A stretch of 64,000 nt of DNA, taken from NCBI GenBank assembly GCA_024276995.1, contig JAJRWB010000076.1, positions 164-64,163 of the forward strand. Direction: 5' to 3'. Each line of letters opens with the position of its first letter. The stretch's first letter is position 1. Shown here one piece after another: positions 18,756 through 26,955 of the stretch. The DNA is from Candidatus Eiseniibacteriota bacterium (GTDB lineage Bacteria; Orphanbacterota; Orphanbacteria; Orphanbacterales; Orphanbacteraceae). The translations under genes and the position numbers were made by a program. The notes below the pieces were generated by a model, which saw only the letters and a list, made by a program, of their open reading frames with translations, searched no databases and was not told the origin of the DNA.

Positions 18756-19088
18756 GTGGCTTCCGAATACGTGATCGACGTCACCGACGGCGATTTCCAG
18801 GAGAAGGTCGTATCTTCCGAGGTGCCGATTATCGCCGATTTCTGGGCGGAATGGTGCGGGCCGTGCAAGCGGATCGGCCCCGTGCTCGAAGAGGTGGCCG
18901 GCGAGTACGGCGGGAAAATCATGGTGGCGAAAGTCGATGTCGACTCGAATCCGGGCACGGCATCGAGTTTCGGCATCCGGAGCATACCGACGCTCCTCTT
19001 CTTCCGGAATGGAGAGGTGGTGGACACCGTGATCGGCGCCGTCGGCAAGGACGAGATCACGAAGAAGATCGACAAGATTCTCGAATGA
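18756..19088 (+). CDS. trxA: Thioredoxin.
   Basis: The WCGPCK active site is present. It is 110 aa with a GTG start after an AGGAGA ribosome-binding site. Confidence 0.93.
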   Translation: MASEYVIDVTDGDFQEKVVSSEVPIIADFWAEWCGPCKRIGPVLEEVAGEYGGKIMVAKVDVDSNPGTASSFGIRSIPTLLFFRNGEVVDTVIGAVGKDEITKKIDKILE

Positions 19089-19121
19089 CCCTTCCCGGGC
19101 CGCTCGAACCGTCCGGCCGGT

Positions 19122-19155
19122 CCGCTCCCGCAGCAGGCGGGGGCGGATCTTTTTT
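19122..19155 (+). terminator. Rho-independent terminator after trxA.
   Basis: A 10-bp GC-rich stem CCGCUCCCGC/GCGGGGGCGG with one U·G pair and loop AGCAG, followed by AUCUUUUUUCC. Confidence 0.65.
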
Positions 19156-19178
19156 CCGGGCCTGAAAGGGACCGCCTC

Positions 19179-19751
19179 TTGGACCCGCTCGAGGAACTCC
19201 ATCGTGGCGCCTTGGCGTGCCGGCGGTGCGCCCTGGCGAAAACCCGCGGCCGCGTCGTCTTCGGGAGTGGCCATGCCGGAGCGTCGATCCTTCTGATCGG
19301 CGAGGCGCCGGGGGCGAACGAGGATCGGGGGGGACTCCCTTTCATCGGACAGGCGGGCAAGTTGCTCGACCGGGCGCTCGCCGAAGCGGCCCTTCGCCGG
19401 GAGGATCTGTACATCGCCAATGTGCTGAAGTGCAGGCCCCCGGGGAACAGGAACCCGAAGAGAGACGAGATCGAGCAGTGCCGGCCGTGGCTCGAAGGGC
19501 AGATCGAGGCGATCGACCCGGGGGTGATCGTGCCGATGGGGAACTTCGCGCTCAAACTCTTCGCCGGCGCGTCGATCACTATCGGGAAGGCCCGCGGGAA
19601 GCGTTTCGGCCATGGCGGCCGTGCGGTGCTTCCGATCTACCATCCCGCGGCGCTGCTCTACAACCGGTCTCTTCTCCCCCTCTTCCACGAGGATATGCGG
19701 AGCGTGGCCGCACTCGCCGCGTGCACCGAGCAGGGCGCCGGCGGAGGATGA
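19179..19751 (+). CDS. Family 4 uracil-DNA glycosylase.
   Basis: CRRCAL...VVFGSGHAGASILLIGEAPGANEDRGGLPFIGQAGKLLDRAL...NVLKCRPPGNRNP matches UDG family 4 motifs. It has a TTG start. Confidence 0.85.
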   Translation: MDPLEELHRGALACRRCALAKTRGRVVFGSGHAGASILLIGEAPGANEDRGGLPFIGQAGKLLDRALAEAALRREDLYIANVLKCRPPGNRNPKRDEIEQCRPWLEGQIEAIDPGVIVPMGNFALKLFAGASITIGKARGKRFGHGGRAVLPIYHPAALLYNRSLLPLFHEDMRSVAALAACTEQGAGGG

Positions 19752-20545
19752 CAACGGGTATGACGGAACCGGACGGGCTGATTCTCTTCTTCGCTTTCCT
19801 CTTCGGGCTGAACATCGGCAGCTTCCTGAACGTCTGCATCTATCGCCTCCCCCGTGGGAAGTCGATCGTCTCGCCCCCCTCGTCGTGCCCGCGCTGCTCG
19901 AAGCGGATCGCCTGGCGGGACAACATCCCGGTGCTCGGTTACCTCTTCCTCCGCGGCCGCTGCCGGCATTGCGCCGCGTCGATTTCGCCGCGCTACCCTG
20001 CGGTGGAGATCGCCACGGCGCTCCTCTTCCTCTTCGTCGCCCTCCGTTTTCCCCTCGACTGGCGGATCGTCTTTCCCCTCTACTACGGGTCGGTGCTCCT
20101 CGTGGTCACCCTCACCGACTTCGACCTGAAGCTGATTCCCGACTCGCTCACACTGCCGGGCATCGTGGTCGGGCTGATCTTTCACGGCTGGCTCGGCGGC
20201 GCATGGCTCGACTCGATCCTCGGCGTCCTCGCCGGGGGCGGCACTCTCTTCCTCATCGCCGAGATCTACCTCCGCCTGAGGAAGCGGGAGGGGATGGGTG
20301 GGGGGGATGTGAAACTCGCCGCCATGATGGGCGCCTTCCTCGGATGGAAGGTCGTCTTCATCGTTCTGTTCCTATCTTCTTTTCTTGGAGGGCTTTTCGG
20401 AGCAGCTCTCATGTTATTCCAGAAGAAGAGCGGTGGTGCGGAGATCCCCTTCGGCGTTTTCCTCGCCCCCGTCGGTTTCCTCGCACTCTTCTGGGGAGAA
20501 GCGTGGATCGCCTGGTATATCGGCGCTTTCGTCATTCCCCGCTGA
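19748..20545 (+). CDS. pilD: Type IV prepilin peptidase (A24 family).
   Basis: GLNIGSFLNVCIYRLP...CPRCSKRIAWRDNIPVLGYLFLRGRCRHCAASISPRYPAVE...GGDVKLAAMMGAFLG is typical PilD. Its ATG overlaps the UDG stop, with an alternative start at 19760. Confidence 0.85.
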   Translation: MTTGMTEPDGLILFFAFLFGLNIGSFLNVCIYRLPRGKSIVSPPSSCPRCSKRIAWRDNIPVLGYLFLRGRCRHCAASISPRYPAVEIATALLFLFVALRFPLDWRIVFPLYYGSVLLVVTLTDFDLKLIPDSLTLPGIVVGLIFHGWLGGAWLDSILGVLAGGGTLFLIAEIYLRLRKREGMGGGDVKLAAMMGAFLGWKVVFIVLFLSSFLGGLFGAALMLFQKKSGGAEIPFGVFLAPVGFLALFWGEAWIAWYIGAFVIPR

Positions 20546-21146
20546 CGTCCGCCCTCTCTCCGATCAAGCCGATGCCGACCAGAAAGATCTCCACACTCCG
20601 TTTCCGCGAACTCTTCGGCTTCGATTCGACGAGCTTTCGAAACGCCGGGAGCACCTCGGCGCGGAAAGGGGGATAGTCCTCGCCCTGGAAGACCTTCGCC
20701 ACCCAGGTTCCCCCCGGGCGGAGGAGGAGGCGGGCGATTTCGAAGGAACGGCGCGCCAACTCGACCGAGCGGGCGTGGTCCGCCCAGGCGACGCCGGTGG
20801 TGGCGGGCGCCGCATCGGAGATCACCCGGTCGAAACGGTTCGCCACGGCGCGAAGCCGTTCGAGATCGAGGTCGTACAGGTCGGCGCGGATCACCGTGAC
20901 CCATCCGGGGAGGTCGATCTTCACATCTGAAAGATCGACGCCCGCCACGACGCCGGAGGGACCGACGCGCCGGGCGGCGTACTGGAGCCACGAGCCGGGC
21001 GCGCAGCCGAGGTCGAGCACGCTCTGTCCCGGCCGGAAGAGGCGGTGTTTCCTGTCGATTTCGCGGAGCTTGTAGACCGAACGGGCGGCGAATCCCTCGC
21101 GCTTCGCGCGGCGGAACCAGGGGTCCTCCTTATTGAACCGACTCAC
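20532..21146 (-). CDS. rlmE: 23S rRNA (uridine-2'-O)-methyltransferase RlmE/FtsJ.
   Basis: RSVYKLREIDRKHRLFRPGQSVLDLGCAPGSWLQYAARRVGPSGVVAGVDL...DRVISDAAP matches the RlmE/FtsJ family. Confidence 0.9.
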   Translation of the reverse strand: MSRFNKEDPWFRRAKREGFAARSVYKLREIDRKHRLFRPGQSVLDLGCAPGSWLQYAARRVGPSGVVAGVDLSDVKIDLPGWVTVIRADLYDLDLERLRAVANRFDRVISDAAPATTGVAWADHARSVELARRSFEIARLLLRPGGTWVAKVFQGEDYPPFRAEVLPAFRKLVESKPKSSRKRSVEIFLVGIGLIGERADVSGE

Positions 21147-21607
21147 GTCTTCGCTTCGATCAGAATCCGCGCGACCGACTCGGGGTCTTTCGCGCCGAGA
21201 AGGTCGGACTGCACCTTCTCCTGTTTGAGAAGACGCGCCATGGTGGCGAGCGCTTGGACATGCGCGGCGGTCGCGTCTTTCGGCGAGACGAGGAGGAAAA
21301 TGAAGCGGCTCGGCGCACCATCGGGGGCATCGAAGTCGATGCCGTCGGGAACGAGGGCGAACGAGGCGGAAAGCCGCTCCGACCCGGCGGTCCTGCAGTG
21401 GGGCACCGCCACGCCGTGCTCGAGTCCCGTCCCCTTCTCCTTTTCACGGGAGATGAGATCGGAGAGCGCCTTGCGTGGATCCTTCAGCTGTCCGTCCGCC
21501 GCCAGAGTGTCGATCATCTCCCGAAGGAGGTCGAACTTCTCCTTCGACGAAGGGGCGACGAGCACTGCTTTCTTATCGAGAAAATCTTCTATCTGCACGT
21601 GATTCAC
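21143..21607 (-). CDS. ptsN: PTS EIIA type-2 domain protein (PtsN-like nitrogen regulatory IIA).
   Basis: The EIIA(Fru/Ntr) fold sequence LISREKEKGTGLEHGVAVPHCRTAG..FIFLLVSPKD...HVQALATMARLL matches the PtsN-like IIA family. Confidence 0.8.
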   Translation of the reverse strand: MNHVQIEDFLDKKAVLVAPSSKEKFDLLREMIDTLAADGQLKDPRKALSDLISREKEKGTGLEHGVAVPHCRTAGSERLSASFALVPDGIDFDAPDGAPSRFIFLLVSPKDATAAHVQALATMARLLKQEKVQSDLLGAKDPESVARILIEAKT

Positions 21608-21789
21608 TTCTCCTGCCGCGAAGGCGCTTCCGCCCGTTATCTCGCCGGGTTGTCGGTTCGGATATGCCCTGCTAGACTGGTAGGGCCGTCCGGGAATGGT
21701 ACGTCGCGGGCGGTGAATATGGCAAGATCATTATCCGTTCGCATCCGGGGGGCGCTTCCGCTCCGGATGGATGAGGCGGCACGCTTCTT

Positions 21790-24700
21790 ATGGATGATCG
21801 GAAACGCTCCCGATGGATCGGCCCGCTTTCCCTTCTTCTCGCCGGGGTAGGGGGGAGTCTCGTCGCGCCTGTACTCTTCCGGGAGGTGCGCGCCTCGTTC
21901 GGCGCCACGTCCGGCGTGATCGGTCCCCTGTGGGCTTTCTTCTTCGCCGGCGCGGCGGCGGGGACGTTTTCCTACCGGCTCGGCGCCCGAGGGAGATGGC
22001 CCTTCTCTTTCGGACTCATGCCGCTGTTCGGCGTGCTTCTCCCTTTCCTTCCCTCTATCGGAGCGACCGGCGCGCCGTACATTCTTCTCCTGATCGTCCT
22101 TTGTTTCGCCGGGTTCATCTTCTCCCGGTTCGCCGCATCGGCGGCGACCGGGGATGTCGGCGTGCTTTCTCCGGCATCTCTCGCGGCGGGAGTTTTTCTC
22201 GGATCGATCTTCGCTCTCAGGTTCCTTCCGGCATGGGGGAACAGGCCCGTTCTCGTCGCGGCGTGGGTCGCTCTCGCCGGAGCATCGATCGCCGCCTCCT
22301 CGTCGCGCCGGACGGCGAGGGAAAGGGACGTCACCCTTTCCGTCGACCGACCGGAGACGGAAGGGGAGATTCCCTTTTTTCCGGCGCTCCTCGTGCTTGC
22401 GGGCGTGGCGATCGGACTCTTCCTTGTCGGCGCGGGCAGGGTGCTCGACATGGTATGCGGCGCCACGATGCGGATGGAGCTGATCGAAGCGGCCGCCGCG
22501 GCGGGAGGGATCGCCGCCGGTTTCCTGGCGGCCGGCTCGGCGGCGCGCAGAAGCGGCCCGATCCTCTTCGCTCCCGCCGCGATCCTCGCCGCCGCGGCGG
22601 CGGCGGGGATCGTCTCTCTTCACGGCGCGTTTCCAGGCCTCTTCGTCGATCTTTCGGGGGGACACGGCTACCGTTTCGAGGCGCTTCTCCGGGCGAAGGA
22701 GATCGTCGCGGCGTTGATCATCGCCCCGTGCGCCTTCTTCGCCGCCGCCTCCGTCGCTCTCGGCGCGCGGGGCGTCGTCGCCGTCTCCGGGACACGGCGT
22801 TTCGCCGCGGCGGCGGCCGGTCTCGCCGTCGCCTTCGCCGCGGCGCCGTCGCTCATCGTGCGGGCGACCCTCCCGGGGGATCTCCTTTTCGGGACGCTCC
22901 TCTTTTTCCTCATCGCGGTGATCGGCGTCTCCCGCCGGAGTGGACGGAAGGCGAAGGCCGCGGTGCGGGCCGTCGCGCTGCTCGGTTTCGCCGCGACACT
23001 TCTTGCCCTCGTCCAGCCGGTGGAGTGGCAAAGCGCCCGGCTCGCATCGGGGGCGTATCGCCGGATCAACACGATACTCAAGCAGCGCGCGTCGGAAGGG
23101 GGCGAGCAGCCGCCCGATTCGCTCCTCTACTATGGGGAGGGGAGAAGCAGCACGTATGCCGTCGCTTCGACCCCCCTCGGCCCGACGCTCCTGAAAAACG
23201 GTTCGGACGACACGGGCGACGGACTCTATTCATCGGTCGATATTCTCCTCGGGAGACTTCCCCTCCTCTTTCGCCCGGCACCGCCCCGCATCCTTCTCCT
23301 CGGGGCCGGTCGCGGGATCACCGCCGGATCGCTTCTCGAGATGGAAGTCGACTCCGTCCTCGTGGTGGAACCGGAGGAGGAGCGTATCGACGCCACCCGC
23401 GCGCTGGGCGAGCAAAACGGCGAGTACTGGACCGACCGGAGATTCCACCTGATCCGGAGCGATCCGGGCCGGTTCCTCGGTACGTCGACCGGAGAATTCG
23501 AGCTGATCATCGCGCAGCCGTACGACGTGTGGAGCATCACCGGCGCCGTTCGGGGGACGGAGGACTTCTACCGGAAGGTGAAGGGCCGTCTCGCGAAGGG
23601 GGGAATCTTCTCCGCGTGGGTGCCGCTCATCGGTGTGGGCGAGGACGACGTGAAATCGATGCTCGCGACGATCGCGGCGGTCTTCCCGCGGATCGTGGCG
23701 TTCCAGGCGGCCCGCCATGACGGGCTCGTGGTGCTCGCGGGGGAAGAGCCGTTCCGTCTCCGTGTCGAGGCGCTCGTCAATCGATGGCGGGGAACCGGCT
23801 TCGGCGACGAGTTCGCCACCGCCGGTATCAGCGCCGCCGCGGACCTGATGCCGTTCGCCCGCTTCGACGAGACGGCCGGCGCGACGCTCTTCGGTGCGGC
23901 GCGGTTGAACGACCGGCGGAAAACCCCGGTGGAGTTCGGGGCGGAGATGGCGCTTGCCGACCTTTCCGGAAGAAACTATCTCGATCTGATCCGCTCGGTC
24001 CCCTGGGACGGGCGATCGATTCTCGATTTCGAAGGGCTCGACGATGAGACGAAGGCCGATTTCCTCTACCGGGCGGGACGCGCTTTCCGCCGGACCGCCG
24101 ATCCGGAGCATGGATACCCGTTCGCCGAAGAGGCGTATCGACTCGCCCCCTCCACCGGCAGAGCGCTCCTGCTCGCCTATTTCGTGAAGGTGCTCGACGG
24201 CGACATGGAGCGAGTGCTCTCCATCGAGGAGGAGGCGCTCCGGCGCGACCCCGACAACGGGATGATGATCCGGAACTACGCGGACGATCTCTTCGTCGCA
24301 GGGAGGTACGAAAAGTGCATCGCGTACATGACCGACGTGATCGACCGCGGATTCGAACCTCCATGGTGCTACCTGATCCGGGGGAAAGCGTACACCATGC
24401 TCGACCGGCTTGACGAGGCGATCCGGGACATCGGCAAGGCGAAGGAACTCGACCGTCTCCAAGACAGACGGGGCAACATCAACTATTTTCTCGGTATGGC
24501 CTATAAGAGGCGGGGCGATCTCGAGAAATCGAATTATTACCTGTCAAGGGCGATCGGGACGAACCCGAGGCACTACAACGCCCGCTACAATTTCGGAGAG
24601 AACAAGGTGAAGCTCGGGAAGCTCGCCCGCGACGAGTTCGAGGCGAACTACTACGCGCCATTCAACCGATCGCGCGCCGATTCTCTCTACCGGCTCGCGT

Positions 24701-24993
24701 CCGCCGATTTCTTCCGGCCCGAGAAGGCCGCCCAGGTGGAGCGGGATCTGGTGCTGATCATCAACACGACACCGAACCATATGGGCGCGTATCTGCTGCT
24801 CGCCGAGTTCTACTGGCGCGCCGGGAATGATGCGAAGGAAGGGGAAGCGATCAGCCGGATGGTGTCCCATTTCCAGGGGAGCGCCAAGTGTCTCGCCCTT
24901 CTCGACAACTATCTGGCGCGGACCGGGGGGCCGGAGAAGCGCGCCCGGTACCGCCGGATCATCCATGATGTGCTGAGCCGGGCCGGTTCGTGA
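21790..24993 (+). CDS. Large polytopic membrane protein with a spermidine-synthase-like domain and C-terminal TPR repeats. It is a paralogue of the 11277..13712 gene.
   Basis: Many TM helices are followed by LLLGAGRGITAGSLLEMEVDSVLVVEPEEERID...FELIIAQPYDVW...GGIFSAWVPL (a spermidine-synthase/methyltransferase fold). TPR repeats then follow (YRAGRAF..., RGKAYTMLDRLDEAIRDIGKAKELD, FLGMAYKRRGDLEKSNYYLSRAIGTNP). Confidence 0.7.
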   Translation: MDDRKRSRWIGPLSLLLAGVGGSLVAPVLFREVRASFGATSGVIGPLWAFFFAGAAAGTFSYRLGARGRWPFSFGLMPLFGVLLPFLPSIGATGAPYILLLIVLCFAGFIFSRFAASAATGDVGVLSPASLAAGVFLGSIFALRFLPAWGNRPVLVAAWVALAGASIAASSSRRTARERDVTLSVDRPETEGEIPFFPALLVLAGVAIGLFLVGAGRVLDMVCGATMRMELIEAAAAAGGIAAGFLAAGSAARRSGPILFAPAAILAAAAAAGIVSLHGAFPGLFVDLSGGHGYRFEALLRAKEIVAALIIAPCAFFAAASVALGARGVVAVSGTRRFAAAAAGLAVAFAAAPSLIVRATLPGDLLFGTLLFFLIAVIGVSRRSGRKAKAAVRAVALLGFAATLLALVQPVEWQSARLASGAYRRINTILKQRASEGGEQPPDSLLYYGEGRSSTYAVASTPLGPTLLKNGSDDTGDGLYSSVDILLGRLPLLFRPAPPRILLLGAGRGITAGSLLEMEVDSVLVVEPEEERIDATRALGEQNGEYWTDRRFHLIRSDPGRFLGTSTGEFELIIAQPYDVWSITGAVRGTEDFYRKVKGRLAKGGIFSAWVPLIGVGEDDVKSMLATIAAVFPRIVAFQAARHDGLVVLAGEEPFRLRVEALVNRWRGTGFGDEFATAGISAAADLMPFARFDETAGATLFGAARLNDRRKTPVEFGAEMALADLSGRNYLDLIRSVPWDGRSILDFEGLDDETKADFLYRAGRAFRRTADPEHGYPFAEEAYRLAPSTGRALLLAYFVKVLDGDMERVLSIEEEALRRDPDNGMMIRNYADDLFVAGRYEKCIAYMTDVIDRGFEPPWCYLIRGKAYTMLDRLDEAIRDIGKAKELDRLQDRRGNINYFLGMAYKRRGDLEKSNYYLSRAIGTNPRHYNARYNFGENKVKLGKLARDEFEANYYAPFNRSRADSLYRLASADFFRPEKAAQVERDLVLIINTTPNHMGAYLLLAEFYWRAGNDAKEGEAISRMVSHFQGSAKCLALLDNYLARTGGPEKRARYRRIIHDVLSRAGS

Positions 24994-25018
24994 GCGGTCC
25001 GCGCCCGGACGACCGGCG

Positions 25019-25807
25019 TCAGCGACGATCGCCGGGAGGCTCCGACCGATCCGTTCCGGCGAAGGCGGCGCCGTCGATTCCGTCGAACAGATCGGTGACG
25101 ACCGGGCCGGCCGCCCCGCCGCGCCGGTCGATCCGCTCGAAGAACTCGCGCGACGTGGCGTCCCGGTAGTCGCCGAACCACTCCTTGAGCTGGCCGAAGA
25201 ATTCGATCTGTGTTTCATGCCGCTCGATGGCGTCGATCTTCCGGTCCATCGCATCGCGGGGAATGTCGATCACCGCGGCCACTTCCGAATCGTCCGCCGC
25301 GTAGATTTTCCGTTCCCCCCGGTAGATGTGGAGTCTCGATTCGAGAATGCACCAGCCGAAAAGGCGCCGCGGCCGGTCGTCGCCCGCGAGGGCGAACGCC
25401 CGGCGGACGAAGCGGTAGACCGCCTTGTGGTCGGCATGGCCGGAAACGCCCTCCCTGTGGAAGGTGATCACCACGTGGGGGCGGATCTCGCGGATCGCCC
25501 CGAGCACGATGCGGGCGCCCTTCTCTTCGTCGATCCTCTCGAGGCCCCCGTCCGGCTCGCCGACGATCCGACAGCTCGCGAGGCCGAGCGCATCGGCCGC
25601 GCCGTGCAACTCCTCCCGCCGTCGCCGGCAGAGTTCATCGGGGGGGAGGGTCTTCGACACGCCGATCGAACCCGCTTCGCCGCAGGTGAACGTGATCATG
25701 TGCACGTCGGCGCCGAGGATCGCGTACTTGGCGAGAGTGCCGCCCGGCCCGTACGCTTCGTCGTCGGGATGGGCGAAGACCGCCAGAAGGGTCGGTTTCG
25801 GTTTCAT
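25019..25807 (-). CDS. PIG-L/LmbE-family N-acetylglucosaminyl deacetylase.
   Basis: LLAVFAHPDDEAYGPGGTLAKY...HVVITFHREGVSGHADHKAV matches the LmbE motifs. The start was chosen at MKPKPTLL. Confidence 0.8.
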   Translation of the reverse strand: MKPKPTLLAVFAHPDDEAYGPGGTLAKYAILGADVHMITFTCGEAGSIGVSKTLPPDELCRRRREELHGAADALGLASCRIVGEPDGGLERIDEEKGARIVLGAIREIRPHVVITFHREGVSGHADHKAVYRFVRRAFALAGDDRPRRLFGWCILESRLHIYRGERKIYAADDSEVAAVIDIPRDAMDRKIDAIERHETQIEFFGQLKEWFGDYRDATSREFFERIDRRGGAAGPVVTDLFDGIDGAAFAGTDRSEPPGDRR

Positions 25808-25929
25808 CTTTTTGAAGATAGCCCGGCGCGCGGTGCGGGTCAAACGCTCCCGTGCGGCCGGGGCGCCGGCCGTTCTTCCCCCCGGCGGGATGGACAGCAC
25901 GGCAATGGACGGGTATACTCCGATCCGCC

Positions 25930-26955
25930 ATGGATGAGTTCAGAAAAATGCATCGCGGACAGTTCATCGACACCCTTGCCGAAGGGGACCGGGTGCTCGA
26001 GTATTACCGTGTCGCCCGGAAGAGCGTGCGACAGACCCGCAGGGGCGATCTCTATCTCGATCTCACCCTCGCCGACAGGACGGGGATGATCGCAGCGCGT
26101 CTTTTCGGCGATCGTGACGGTGTTCACGACAGGGTCACCTCGTATGCGGCGCAATTCAAGCCGGGGGATGTGATCCGTGTGGACGGCAGGGTCGACCGGT
26201 TCCAGGGGAAGCTGCAGCTCCTCATCGACCGCCTTCGGGTAAGCGAGAACGGCGAGGTCGACGGCGCGCTCTTCGAAAAGTCGAGCGACCGACCCTTCGA
26301 GGAGATGGAGAGGGAACTCGCCGAGAAAATCGAAGCAATCGAGAATCGATATCTGAAGAAACTCGTGGAGTCGGTTTTCGGTTCCGGCGAAATCAAGGAG
26401 CGGTTTCTCGTCGCCCCGGCGGCGACGCGGATTCATCACGCCTACCGGCACGGCTTGCTCGAACACACCCTATCGATGATTGCCGGCGCAGAGGCGCTAC
26501 ACCCGCTCTACCCGGAACTCGATCTCGATTTGCTGCGTGCGGCGATTCTCTTCCACGACGTCGGGAAAACGGCGGAACTGGGTGAGAAGGCGGGTGACGA
26601 CTACACCGTCGAAGGGACGCTTGAAGGACATATCTACATCGGCGCCCGCTGGGTGGACGAGGCGGCGGGAAAGATCGACGGTTTTCCAGGCGAATTGCGC
26701 CTCCAGTTGATCCACCTGATTCTCAGCCACCACGGGGAGAGGGAATACGGTGCTCCGGTGGTGCCCGCCACGAGGGAGGCCGTCTTCCTTCATCAGCTCG
26801 ACAATCTCGACGCCAAGCTCGCGAACGTCCGCCAGACGATCGCCGCCGACAGGAACAGCCAATCGCCTTTCACCGATCCCGCCGCATCGGGTCCGATCTA
26901 CCGCCGTTACTACAAGGGCGCGTCTTCCGGTTCGAAAGATCATGGAGGGGCGTGA
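25930..26955 (+). CDS. yhaM: YhaM-like 3'-5' exonuclease (OB-fold plus HD domain).
   Basis: An N-terminal OB-fold region is present. The HD domain shows HAYRHGLLEHTLSM...ILFHDVGKTAEL...LILSHHGEREYGAPVVP. Confidence 0.75.
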   Translation: MDEFRKMHRGQFIDTLAEGDRVLEYYRVARKSVRQTRRGDLYLDLTLADRTGMIAARLFGDRDGVHDRVTSYAAQFKPGDVIRVDGRVDRFQGKLQLLIDRLRVSENGEVDGALFEKSSDRPFEEMERELAEKIEAIENRYLKKLVESVFGSGEIKERFLVAPAATRIHHAYRHGLLEHTLSMIAGAEALHPLYPELDLDLLRAAILFHDVGKTAELGEKAGDDYTVEGTLEGHIYIGARWVDEAAGKIDGFPGELRLQLIHLILSHHGEREYGAPVVPATREAVFLHQLDNLDAKLANVRQTIAADRNSQSPFTDPAASGPIYRRYYKGASSGSKDHGGA